Below are positions 7,089 to 15,773 of a stretch of 15,821 nt of DNA, piece by piece. The stretch covers positions 1-15,821 of the forward strand of contig CAXHAT010000181.1 of NCBI GenBank assembly GCA_964014485.1, written 5' to 3'. A program made the translations under genes and the position numbers. The stretch's first letter is position 1, and each line of letters opens with the position of its first letter. The notes under the pieces were generated by a model that was given only the letters and a program-made list of their open reading frames with translations, did no database searches and was not told the origin of the DNA. The DNA comes from an uncultured Deferribacteres bacterium (GTDB lineage Bacteria; Zhuqueibacterota; Zhuqueibacteria; Zhuqueibacterales; Geothermadaptataceae).

Positions 7089-8306
7089 TTAAGCTGCGGC
7101 CTTTTCATCAGCCGATGTATCTTTAAACGTCAGTGCGAAAAGAACGGCGACGAGCCCGGCGAAAATGCAGGGGACCCACCAGATTCCCGACCAGTCCTTG
7201 ATTCCGTCGGCGGTAAACTGATCGACAATGAGTCCGGAAATTTTTGAGCCGAGCCCAATGCCGACGCCGTACGTAATCAACGCAATAAAACCCTGCGCGC
7301 TGGCGCGAATTTCTTCCCCAGCCTTTTTGTCAACGTAGATTTGGCCGGTGACAAAGAAGAAATCATAACAAATGCCGTGCAACAGGATGCCAAGATAAAG
7401 CATCCAGGCCATAGCCCCGAGATCGCCGCTGGCGAAGAGTGCGTAACGCAGCACCCACGAAAGCATGCCGACGAGCAGCATTTTCTTCACGCCAAGTCGC
7501 ACGAAAAACCAGGGCATCAGCACCATAAACAGCACTTCTGACATTTGCCCCATCGATTGCTTCGCGGCAACGCCTTCCATGCCTAATTCGTTTAAAAACA
7601 AGTTGGTGAAGTTGTAGTAAAAGGCGAGTGGAATACAGATGAGCAGCGAGCTGATGACAAAAATCAGAAATGAACGTTCCTTCATGAGACGCAGCGCTTT
7701 TACGCCGAGAATATCGCCGACGCTGACGTTTTTCCCGACGTTTTGCGGCGGTGTGTTCGGCAGCGTGAATGAGTAGATTCCAAGCAGGAGGGAACCTATT
7801 GCCGCCATTTTCATTGGAATATTCGTCGCTTCAACATTATCATAAGCGTTGGCCAAAACAAACGTGATTGTCAAGCCTGCGACAATCCAGCCGATGGTGC
7901 CCCAAACGCGTACTTTCGGGAATTGCTCGTCCGGCTTTTCCATTTGGCGAAACGATACGGCGTTGACCAGCGCCAATGTCGGCATGTAGCAAATATTATA
8001 AAGTAACAACCCGAGAATGAGCGCGCCGGAATCGACGATGTTCGAAGCGAAAAACATGACTGCGGCGCCGAGCAAATGCAACACGCCCATCACTTTTTCT
8101 GAAGCAAAAAAACGATCCGCGATCATGCCGACAAAAAACGGGGCGATGATCGCGCCAATATTATTCATTAAGTAAGAGTCGCCGATCTGGCTGCCGGAAA
8201 AACCGATTCCGTTCAAGTATGTTCCTAAAGTTACAAACCACGCTCCCCAAACAAAAAACTGCAGGAACATCATCACGCTCAGGCGTGCATAAATCGCTGG
8301 ATTCAT
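7089..8306 (-). CDS. MFS nucleoside:H+ symporter (NupG/XapB/YegT family)
   Basis: RLSVMMFLQFFVWGAW, GMIADRFFASEK, YMPTLALVN, FPKVRVWGTIGW, LHGICYDFFFVTGQIYVD; about 12 hydrophobic segments; GAGG before the start. Confidence 0.93.
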   Translation of the reverse strand: MNPAIYARLSVMMFLQFFVWGAWFVTLGTYLNGIGFSGSQIGDSYLMNNIGAIIAPFFVGMIADRFFASEKVMGVLHLLGAAVMFFASNIVDSGALILGLLLYNICYMPTLALVNAVSFRQMEKPDEQFPKVRVWGTIGWIVAGLTITFVLANAYDNVEATNIPMKMAAIGSLLLGIYSFTLPNTPPQNVGKNVSVGDILGVKALRLMKERSFLIFVISSLLICIPLAFYYNFTNLFLNELGMEGVAAKQSMGQMSEVLFMVLMPWFFVRLGVKKMLLVGMLSWVLRYALFASGDLGAMAWMLYLGILLHGICYDFFFVTGQIYVDKKAGEEIRASAQGFIALITYGVGIGLGSKISGLIVDQFTADGIKDWSGIWWVPCIFAGLVAVLFALTFKDTSADEKAAA

Positions 8307-8431
8307 TTCCTCACTCCGAATTCAGTGCAAAACTCTGTTTACGCTTTGAAAATCATTTTGTAAAATAACGTCTGAGCTTTCATGAACAAATAAATCTTGG
8401 CCGAATGCTTCCGTGCTGACGGTTTTTCCCT

Positions 8432-8538
8432 AAAGGAGTGCAAAGCTTGCTTTGCCTCGGATGGAGAAAAGCAGCATAGAAAAGAAAACGCCTGATGAAG
8501 CATCTGGAAGAAAAGCAAGGCAAGCCTTGCACTCCTTT
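8432..8538. repeat. REP-like inverted doublet, GGAGTGC type, in the divergent intergenic region
   Basis: AAAGGAGTGCAAAGCTTGCTTTGC (8432-8455) and GCAAGGCAAGCCTTGCACTCCTTT (8515-8538), 22 of 24 complementary. Confidence 0.8.
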
Positions 8539-8573
8539 TTATGATGATTAAATTTTCCAACGACGTGACTGTC

Positions 8574-9173
8574 ATGCGCAGAAATAAAAACGTACTTTTC
8601 AGATTGACCATCTCTTGTATTTTGATGACGACCGCCTGCGGAGAACCTTTGACGCCGGAACCGGTGGAAGTGCAGCTTATTCACAACTCCGATCTGGAAG
8701 GCGGTTTTTCAGGGACGGACGGGGTTGATTTGCTGCGGCCGTGGCGCGAATTTATCCCGGACGAGGAGAATTATGCGCTTGATCTGGTCGACGACGTCTC
8801 GCATTCGCCAAGCCATTCGTTGCGCATTGTTTCAACGACAGACGCCGTTGAGAGCGTATCGTTTTGGCGACAAAGCGTCGCCGGGGAGTTGCCGATTGGA
8901 AAGTCGATGCAATTATCGGCGTATGTCAAGCTCGACGGCTTGTCTAACGGAGCCGGGATTGGCGTTTCATTACAACTTGGCGATGACGATTCCGCCTTTT
9001 TTTCATCCGAAGAAACACACCAGCTTGCTGGCCGGCGCGACTGGCAAAGAGTGACTGTGACAATTCCCGCGTTGCCGGAAAATGTGAAATCTATGGCCGT
9101 ATTTTTGTATATTTTCCCGAATGCAAAGGGAACGATTTATTTTGATGATATCCGACTGACTTATTTTCGATGA
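8574..9173 (+). CDS. Lipoprotein with a probable carbohydrate-binding-like (CBM4/9-style jelly-roll) domain
   Basis: Lipobox TTAC; LIHNSDLE...W...HSPSHSLRI...LSAYVK...DWQRVTVT...GTIYFDDIRL pattern; ATGA overlap with lptF. The start could instead be 8541. Confidence 0.7.
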   Translation: MRRNKNVLFRLTISCILMTTACGEPLTPEPVEVQLIHNSDLEGGFSGTDGVDLLRPWREFIPDEENYALDLVDDVSHSPSHSLRIVSTTDAVESVSFWRQSVAGELPIGKSMQLSAYVKLDGLSNGAGIGVSLQLGDDDSAFFSSEETHQLAGRRDWQRVTVTIPALPENVKSMAVFLYIFPNAKGTIYFDDIRLTYFR

Positions 9174-10702
9174 CTTCAATTCTCACAAGATATATTCTTC
9201 GCCAACACATCGGCCCGTTCTTGTTCGGCTTTTCGATTATCGCTTTTATCTGGATTCTCAATCATCTTTTCAAAGAATTGAACCGGATTTTAAGCAAAGG
9301 CCTGCCGCTGCTTGACGTGCTGGAGTTTTTTGCCCTCAATCTTGCCTGGATCGTCGCGCTGACCGTGCCGATGGCCGTGCTTGTCGCAAGCCTGATGGCC
9401 TACGGCAGACTCAGCGCCGACAACGAAATTACTGCAATCAAATCTTCCGGCGTGAGCTTTATGAAAATTCTCACGCCAACCGTCATCGCCGCGGTTTTGG
9501 TCGCCCTTTTTCTCGTTTGGTTTAACAACACGGTTTTGCCGGAGTTCAACCACCGACTCGCCAATCTTATGCGCGACATCAGCAGAAAAAAGCCCACGTT
9601 CGCCATTGATCCGGGTGTGTGGTACGAAGGATTGGCGCCGTACTATTTGCTGGTTGGCGCAATCAAAGACAGCGGCGGCGTTTCCTACGTGACCAACGTT
9701 TTGGTGCAGGACTTTGAAGACCGGGATGAGTTCAACACAATCACGGCTCAGCGCGGGAAAATTCGGTTGGAAAAAGAAACCGGACTTTTGGAAATGACGC
9801 TCTACGACGGCGAAATTCAGAAAATGTCGTTCGATAAGTTGAGTGAATTTCATCACGTCGCTTTTCAAGACAGCCACATTTTGCGTATGGACGTCAGCGA
9901 TCAGTTTCTTGTGCGAACAGACCAAAACATGCGCAGCGACCGCGAAAAAAGCGCTCAGCAAATGCGCGATGAAGTTGCAAGCTATCGTGATCGCAACACG
10001 CGTCGACGGGAAGCTGTTTCCCTGGTTATCGCACAGCAATTTCAAAAATATTTCGGCGATAGTTTCGGTCTGAAATTGCCCGGCGACGCCGATTCGCTGG
10101 CCATTCGGGAAATGAATCCGATTTTCAGGAATCGATTTAGCGGCGGAACGAACTTGCTTTCAAATCGCACGCCTGTCGCTGGAAAATCGGCGACGAACGG
10201 CGTTCGAAAAAAACTGATGACTCCGGAAATGGCGTTGACGCAGGCGGTTTCCGAGCAAAAAAGCGTGCTCAATGACACCCGTTCGAAAAATCGCCAGATC
10301 AACGCAAACCTGACGCGCATCAATCGCAATCTGGTGGAAATTTACAAAAAATACTCGATTCCATTCGCTTGCGTCGTGTTTGTGCTCGTCGGCGCGCCTT
10401 TGGGCATAAAGGCTAGAACCGGCAGTCTCGGCGCGGGTGCAGGCATGAGCCTAGTTTTCTTTCTCATTTTTTGGACTTCTTTGATCGGCGGAGAAGATTT
10501 GGCGGATCGCGGCATCATTCCGCCCTGGCTGGCGATGTGGGGCGCGAATATTATCGTCGGAGCCGGAGGTCTATACATTCTTTATTTAACCGTGAAAGAA
10601 AAAGAATCCAGACTTGTGACGGGCGTAACCGCTTTTGTCACCGCACTGCGTTCAAGAGATTTGCGGTTGTTTCAATTTCTTTCGAGAAGATCGGAGTCTT
10701 AA
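9170..10702 (+). CDS. lptF: LPS export ABC transporter permease LptF
   Basis: ILTRYILR, LTVPMAVLVASLMAYGRLSADNEITAIKSSGVS, KKYSIPFACVVFVLVGAPLG; first gene of the LptF/LptG pair. Confidence 0.9.
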   Translation: MTSILTRYILRQHIGPFLFGFSIIAFIWILNHLFKELNRILSKGLPLLDVLEFFALNLAWIVALTVPMAVLVASLMAYGRLSADNEITAIKSSGVSFMKILTPTVIAAVLVALFLVWFNNTVLPEFNHRLANLMRDISRKKPTFAIDPGVWYEGLAPYYLLVGAIKDSGGVSYVTNVLVQDFEDRDEFNTITAQRGKIRLEKETGLLEMTLYDGEIQKMSFDKLSEFHHVAFQDSHILRMDVSDQFLVRTDQNMRSDREKSAQQMRDEVASYRDRNTRRREAVSLVIAQQFQKYFGDSFGLKLPGDADSLAIREMNPIFRNRFSGGTNLLSNRTPVAGKSATNGVRKKLMTPEMALTQAVSEQKSVLNDTRSKNRQINANLTRINRNLVEIYKKYSIPFACVVFVLVGAPLGIKARTGSLGAGAGMSLVFFLIFWTSLIGGEDLADRGIIPPWLAMWGANIIVGAGGLYILYLTVKEKESRLVTGVTAFVTALRSRDLRLFQFLSRRSES

Positions 10703-10797
10703 AAAAGTATTACGGAGTAAAGCGCTTCAGCGTTTTTCCATACCTGCCTGGGCGACGATGAATCGTCGCACTCCAGCACGACCTGTTACCCGAAAAA

Positions 10798-11874
10798 ATG
10801 CGTATCCTTGACCGCTACATTTGTCGAAAATTTGTCCTGAACCTGCTGTTCGCGCTGGTTTCGTTTATCCTTATTTTCATCGTTGTGAACCTAGTCGAGC
10901 AGCTCTCGGATTTTATAGACAAGCAAGTCCCGCCTGCGGTCGTCGCCTTGTACTATCTTCATTCCATTCCTGAAATCGTGACGCTGACCCTGCCGATCGG
11001 GATGATGGTTGCGACCATGTTCAGCATCGGGCAACTTTCGAAATACAACGAATTGCTGGCGATGAAAGCGAGCGGCATTTCGCTGTACCGCATGTTTATG
11101 CCGCTCTATTTAACCGCATTGATCGCCAGCTTGCTCATGATCGCGTTTGTGGAATTTGTCGTGCCCTACTCGAACTCCCAGCGCGCCGAACTAAAGGGCA
11201 GGCACATCGATAAACTTGCCCGTTACAGCAATGCCCAGGTTTCAAATATTTATATTCAGCACGGCGAAGACACGCGCATCTTTATTTCTTCCTACAACGA
11301 ATTTGAGAAAAGCGCTCGTTCGATCAGCGTGCAAACCTATGACGGCGCACTGATTCGCAAACGGATGGACGCAAAGGAAATGCGTTGGGAAAAGGATCAG
11401 TGGGTGCTTAAAAATATTCATGTTCGGCACTTTAACGGCAAAAGTGTCAGCTACGATTCTATTGGCTCCAAGCCGTTCGAAGGATTCGAAATTGGCCCCG
11501 CTGAACTGGGGCATTTGAACAAAGACCCGCACGAGATGAACTACCGGGAATTGAAGGAATTTACCGAAGATGTGCGAAAAAACGGCGGCGATCCAAACCA
11601 GTGGCTGGTTGATCTTTACCTTAAGATTTCATTCCCGTTTGCGGGGTTTATTATTGTGCTTTTCGGGGCCCCTTTGGCCGCAACGCGCGTTCGGGCAACC
11701 GGAGCCGCGGGATTCGTCATTAGTCTGCTGACCTGCTTTCTTTATTTTATCTTTGTGAAAGCCGCTCAAACGCTGGGGCAAACCGCCGCATTAGAACCTA
11801 TGCTCGCCGCCTGGCTGGGCAACCTCGTTTTTTTCGTTGCCAGCCTCGGCATTCTACTGAAAGCGCCGAAGTAA
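10798..11874 (+). CDS. lptG: LPS export ABC transporter permease LptG
   Basis: MRILDRYI, LSKYNELLAMKASGISLYR, PHEMNYREL, KISFPF, AAWLGNLVF. Confidence 0.9.
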   Translation: MRILDRYICRKFVLNLLFALVSFILIFIVVNLVEQLSDFIDKQVPPAVVALYYLHSIPEIVTLTLPIGMMVATMFSIGQLSKYNELLAMKASGISLYRMFMPLYLTALIASLLMIAFVEFVVPYSNSQRAELKGRHIDKLARYSNAQVSNIYIQHGEDTRIFISSYNEFEKSARSISVQTYDGALIRKRMDAKEMRWEKDQWVLKNIHVRHFNGKSVSYDSIGSKPFEGFEIGPAELGHLNKDPHEMNYRELKEFTEDVRKNGGDPNQWLVDLYLKISFPFAGFIIVLFGAPLAATRVRATGAAGFVISLLTCFLYFIFVKAAQTLGQTAALEPMLAAWLGNLVFFVASLGILLKAPK

Positions 11875-12005
11875 GAAAAGTTTTGCTTATCAAAACGTTG
11901 TCGCGTATTTTGCAGGCCGCAAAATTCACCATATTCGTGTTTCTGGCTTGTCAATCGATAAGAATTGCCGGAAAAACAAAACCTGGTTCGTTTTATTTGG
12001 ATTGA

Positions 12006-12054
12006 TGGAATGTTGGATTACTGAAGATTTCGGTTCCAGTAATCCAACATTCCA
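12006..12054. repeat. Perfect 18-bp inverted repeat built from 8-nt TGGA-periodic units
   Basis: TGGAATGTTGGATTACTG (12006-12023) / CAGTAATCCAACATTCCA (12037-12054); the 8-nt period continues imperfectly on both sides. Confidence 0.85.
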
Positions 12055-12143
12055 ATACTCCGACTTCAACTATGCATGAATAACCGCACGGAAAACAATG
12101 GTTTTGCGCTGTCTTTTCAAGAATAGTAAAAACAAGGCGTATC

Positions 12144-12947
12144 ATGTATCCCACACTTATTGATTTTGGCCCGTTTGCCATCCATAGTTTTGGCTTTATG
12201 ATCATGCTCGGCTTTCTGACGGCCACCTGGCTGATGCGGAAAGAGTTTGAGCGCAAGGGCATAGACCCCGAATTGGCAAGCAACGTCGGCATCGCCGCCA
12301 TCATCGGCGGCTTTATCGGTGCGCGCATTTATTTCATTTTAGAACGTCCGTCGGAATTCATGGCCGATCCCGCTGGAATGATTTTTTCCGGCGCCGGGCT
12401 GGTTTGGTACGGCGGATTTATCGGCGGATTCGCCGCCGTTATTTGGATCATCAAAAGAAGCGGCACGCCGATCCTTGCGGCTGGTGATACGATTATGCCG
12501 TTGCTGGTTCTCGGCTACGCCATCGGGCGTATTGGTTGTCAGTTGGCTGGGGACGGCGACTACGGACCGCCGTCGGACGTGCCTTGGGCCATGGCCTACC
12601 CGGAAGGAGTTGTGCCAACGACGGAGCGCGTTCACCCGACGCCGGTTTACGATACCCTGCTCGCCGGTTCTTTCTTTGCTATGATTTGGTTAAACCGTTT
12701 TCGTATGACGAAAATGGGAGTCGCGATGGGATGGGGCATGGTTGCGATGGGCGTTGAGCGTTTTATTACCGAATTTTTCCGCACAACGCCGGTTGTCTTT
12801 GCTGGCCTGACTCTTGCCCAAATCATCAGCCTTTTTACGATGACTGCCGGACTGTATCTCGTTTTTCGCGAAAGCGAGGAGTATTCTGAAGGCGCAGCGC
12901 TTCAAAAACCGACGAGCAAACCGAAAAAGAAGAAAGCGTCGCGATAA
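12144..12947 (+). CDS. lgt: Prolipoprotein diacylglyceryl transferase
   Basis: MYPTL...IHSFG, IGARIYF, GLVWYGGFIGG, GYAIGRIGC, HPTPVY, ERFITEFFR. Confidence 0.93.
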   Translation: MYPTLIDFGPFAIHSFGFMIMLGFLTATWLMRKEFERKGIDPELASNVGIAAIIGGFIGARIYFILERPSEFMADPAGMIFSGAGLVWYGGFIGGFAAVIWIIKRSGTPILAAGDTIMPLLVLGYAIGRIGCQLAGDGDYGPPSDVPWAMAYPEGVVPTTERVHPTPVYDTLLAGSFFAMIWLNRFRMTKMGVAMGWGMVAMGVERFITEFFRTTPVVFAGLTLAQIISLFTMTAGLYLVFRESEEYSEGAALQKPTSKPKKKKASR

Positions 12948-12979
12948 TCAGGATTAAAGCTCAAAAACGCTCCCGTTTT

Positions 12980-13046
12980 GTCATTCCCGCGCAGGCGGGA
13001 ATCTATCGGCTGCCCCAAAATGGATTCCCGCCTGCGCGGGACCGAC
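12980..13046. repeat. dRS3-like (ATTCCC-N8-GGGAAT) REP doublet
   Basis: GTCATTCCCGCGCAGGCGGGAATCT ... TGGATTCCCGCCTGCGCGGGACCGAC, an inverted pair with internal hairpins. Confidence 0.85.
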
Positions 13047-13076
13047 GCAACACGCCATTAGAACCCCGGCATTTTC

Positions 13077-13463
13077 ATGTTAGAGACCGCCAGTGTTCTG
13101 GCGATTATTCTCGCCGCATACATCGCTTTTCCATTCTATCAATCCCGGAAGCAAAAGCTTTCCTTCGCCGTTAACCATCGCGCGGAAGATCTGGAAGTGC
13201 GCAAGGACGAGCTGTATTCCACGCTCAAGGACATCGATTTTGATTTCCAAATGGGCAAGCTTTCGGAAGCCGACTACAAAGCGCTTCGCGAGCAATACAA
13301 ATCTGAGGCGATCGATTTGTTGAAGGAATTGGACAACGTCGAGGGCGCGAGCCCAAAAGGCAAAAAGACCTCCGTTAAAATCAACTTCTGCCCGCAATGC
13401 GGAGCGCCCGCCGATCCGCAAGATCAATATTGCGCCGATTGTGGGGCCGCCTTTACGGAATAG
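13077..13463 (+). CDS. Membrane-anchored zinc-ribbon protein resembling the CcmI/CycH N-terminus
   Basis: N-terminal TM helix; LKDIDFDFQMGKLSEADY; CPQC...CADC; directly upstream of ccmABC. Confidence 0.75.
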   Translation: MLETASVLAIILAAYIAFPFYQSRKQKLSFAVNHRAEDLEVRKDELYSTLKDIDFDFQMGKLSEADYKALREQYKSEAIDLLKELDNVEGASPKGKKTSVKINFCPQCGAPADPQDQYCADCGAAFTE

Positions 13464-13476
13464 CCCGCCCGTTGTG

Positions 13477-14187
13477 ATGATTGAAGCCCAAAAACTGGTC
13501 AAAGCGTTCGGCGCGTTTTATGCGTTGCGCGGGGTGGATTTGTCTATTCCGAAGGGCTCGACGCAATGCCTGCTCGGCCCGAACGGCGCCGGCAAAAGCA
13601 CATTTTTGCAGATCATCGCCACGCTCTCAAAGCCAACTTCCGGCGCCGTCAAAATTGACGGTCAGAGTATTCTCAAGAACGCTGATTCGGTCCGCAAACG
13701 CATCGGCCTTATCGCCCACGCTACGTTTCTTTACGACGAATTGACCGCGTTCGAGAATTTGCAATTTTACGCTAAACTTTATGACGTGGCCGACCGAGAC
13801 GAGCGCATCTCGATGCTGCTGGACGAAGTCGGACTTTTCCCCCGCAGAAACGACCGCGTGCGCACTTTTTCGCGCGGCATGCAGCAACGTCTCTCCATCG
13901 CTCGCGCACTCATTCACGATCCCGACATTCTTTACCTCGACGAACCTTACACCGGCCTCGACCAGCACGGCGCCGAAATGCTCACCGGCTGGCTCGCGCG
14001 TTTTAAGTCGGAGCATCGAACAACGGTGCTCGTTACACACAACATCTCGCAGGCTTTGGCTGTCTCGGACAATATTGCGATTATGACGGGCGGAAAAATC
14101 GTCATGAACGCCAAAACACAAGCGCTCGATTCCGCGACTTTTAGCGCTGAATACGCCGAAATCGTTGCCGGGAGAAAAGCGGCGTGA
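13477..14187 (+). CDS. ccmA: Heme ABC exporter ATP-binding protein CcmA
   Basis: Walker A GPNGAGKST, signature FSRGMQQR, Walker B LYLDEP; GTGA overlap with ccmB. Confidence 0.88.
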   Translation: MIEAQKLVKAFGAFYALRGVDLSIPKGSTQCLLGPNGAGKSTFLQIIATLSKPTSGAVKIDGQSILKNADSVRKRIGLIAHATFLYDELTAFENLQFYAKLYDVADRDERISMLLDEVGLFPRRNDRVRTFSRGMQQRLSIARALIHDPDILYLDEPYTGLDQHGAEMLTGWLARFKSEHRTTVLVTHNISQALAVSDNIAIMTGGKIVMNAKTQALDSATFSAEYAEIVAGRKAA

Positions 14188-14870
14188 ACGATATTCGCAA
14201 AATCTTCCTTTTCACCTACAAAGACCTGCTCTCCGAATTTCGCAGCCGCGAAGCGATCACAACGATGATCGTTTTCAGCATGCTCGTGGTGGCGATTTTT
14301 AATTTTACTTTCGAAACGGGCAGCGCCGTCATTTCCGAAGCCGCGCCGGGAATCATCTGGATCGCCGTCACTTTCAGCGGGATGATCGGGCTTAACCGCT
14401 CGTTCGTTTACGAAGTGGACAAGGGCTGCCTGCAGGGTTTGCTGCTGATTCCGATGGATCGCGGCGTGATCTATCTTGGCAAAATGTTGGGGAATTTCGT
14501 TTTTATCACCATAACCGAATTGGTGAGCTTGCCGCTTTTTATCGTTTTTTTTAACTTAGATTTTGCCGCCGGAATTTGGCATTTTTTGCTTATTCTTGCG
14601 CTCGCCAATCTTGGACTTTCGGCTGTCGGCACGCTGTTCAGCGCAATGGCGGTAAATACCAAGACGCGGGACGTCATGCTGCCGATCCTCTTGTTCCCGA
14701 TTTTTGTCCCGGTGCTGATGGCGGCGGTGAGCGGCACGGGCGAAATTCTGCGCATGGGCCAGAACAGCGAAATTCCCGGCTGGCAATTTTTAATCGTCAC
14801 GCTCGTCGCCTTCGATATGATTTTCGTGACGCTTTGTTACCTTTTATTCGACTATGTGATGGAAGAATGA
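14184..14870 (+). CDS. ccmB: Heme exporter protein CcmB
   Basis: KDLLSEFRSRE, APGIIW, RSFVYEVDKGCLQGLLL, IYLGKMLGN, RDVMLPILLFP. Confidence 0.92.
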   Translation: MNDIRKIFLFTYKDLLSEFRSREAITTMIVFSMLVVAIFNFTFETGSAVISEAAPGIIWIAVTFSGMIGLNRSFVYEVDKGCLQGLLLIPMDRGVIYLGKMLGNFVFITITELVSLPLFIVFFNLDFAAGIWHFLLILALANLGLSAVGTLFSAMAVNTKTRDVMLPILLFPIFVPVLMAAVSGTGEILRMGQNSEIPGWQFLIVTLVAFDMIFVTLCYLLFDYVMEE

Positions 14871-14871
14871 T

Positions 14872-15573
14872 ATGACCGTAGCTCAACTGCAAAAACGCGA
14901 GCGCATCAGCGGAATCGCAACCGTGATCATGATGTTCGCCGCTTTTTACCTGATTTTCTTTTTTGCGCCAACCGAACGCACGATGGGGATTGTACAAAAA
15001 ATCTTTTACATTCACGTTCCGGCGGCTTTTGCCGGATTTGCGGCTTTCGCCGTGGTGGCGGGTTACAGCATCGCGTTTTTGCGTACGCGCAATCCCTGGC
15101 ACGACCGCGCCGCCTACGCCGCTGCTGAAGTGGGCGTGCTTTTTACCACCATCAATCTTGTGACGGGCATGCTCTGGGCCAAGCCGACCTGGAACGTTTA
15201 CTGGTCGTGGGACCCCCGCCTTTCGACGTTATTCATTCTTTGGTTCATCTACACCGCCTACCTGATGCTGCGCAAATTTGTCGCCGATGATGAAAAAGGC
15301 GCACGATTCGCGGCGGTTTATGCTATCGTCGGGACGGCGGACATTCCTATCGTTTATTTCTCGATCTGGTGGTGGACGACGTTGCACCCGCAGCCAGTTA
15401 TCGTTGGTGCGGCGGAGGGCGACGGCATGCATCCGGACATCGCAATCGCGTACTGGTTTAGCGCCGTCACTTTTCTCGTTTTTGCTTTTTTTCTTTTTAT
15501 GTTCAGGCTGCGGCTGGAAAAATCGCGCGAGCAACTGGAAAAAATGCAGCGCAAAATCGCTTTTGCCGAATAA
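14872..15573 (+). CDS. ccmC: Heme exporter / cytochrome c biogenesis protein CcmC
   Basis: KIFYIHVP, WWD motif TGMLWAKPTWNVYWSWDPRL, WWTTLHP. Confidence 0.93.
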   Translation: MTVAQLQKRERISGIATVIMMFAAFYLIFFFAPTERTMGIVQKIFYIHVPAAFAGFAAFAVVAGYSIAFLRTRNPWHDRAAYAAAEVGVLFTTINLVTGMLWAKPTWNVYWSWDPRLSTLFILWFIYTAYLMLRKFVADDEKGARFAAVYAIVGTADIPIVYFSIWWWTTLHPQPVIVGAAEGDGMHPDIAIAYWFSAVTFLVFAFFLFMFRLRLEKSREQLEKMQRKIAFAE

Positions 15574-15639
15574 TAATTCGCTGATGTTACGCACGCGTCG
15601 TTTGGCGCGGGCGATCAGAGTCCACGAGCAACTTTTGGT

Positions 15640-15773
15640 TCTCATTAGCTCCGCTCTGAAGAGCGGAGGCTTTTGAAGACGGCCTTTCCTTCTCTTCCGC
15701 CGCGCCGGCGCGGCGGAAGAGAAGAAAAGGAGCGTTTTGTGCGTCACCGGGCTGAAGCCCGGCGCCAATGAGA
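15640..15773. repeat. Compound palindromic element (REPIN/MITE-like)
   Basis: Ends TCTCATTAGC / GCCAATGAGA; two T-GA-A hairpins (15649-15668, 15747-15762); central perfect 36-bp palindrome at 15689-15724. Confidence 0.8.

Noticed and set aside
9290..10045. 251-aa minus-strand ORF
   Set aside because: Antisense shadow of lptF.
10752..10769. Hairpin GCGACGAT-GA-ATCGTCGC as a terminator between lptF and lptG
   Set aside because: Short, with no U-tract, and inside a presumed operon; function cannot be supported.
15584..15676. ccmD candidate after ccmC
   Set aside because: MLRTRRLARAIRVHEQLLVLISS... lacks the N-terminal hydrophobic helix of CcmD and runs into the repeat element.
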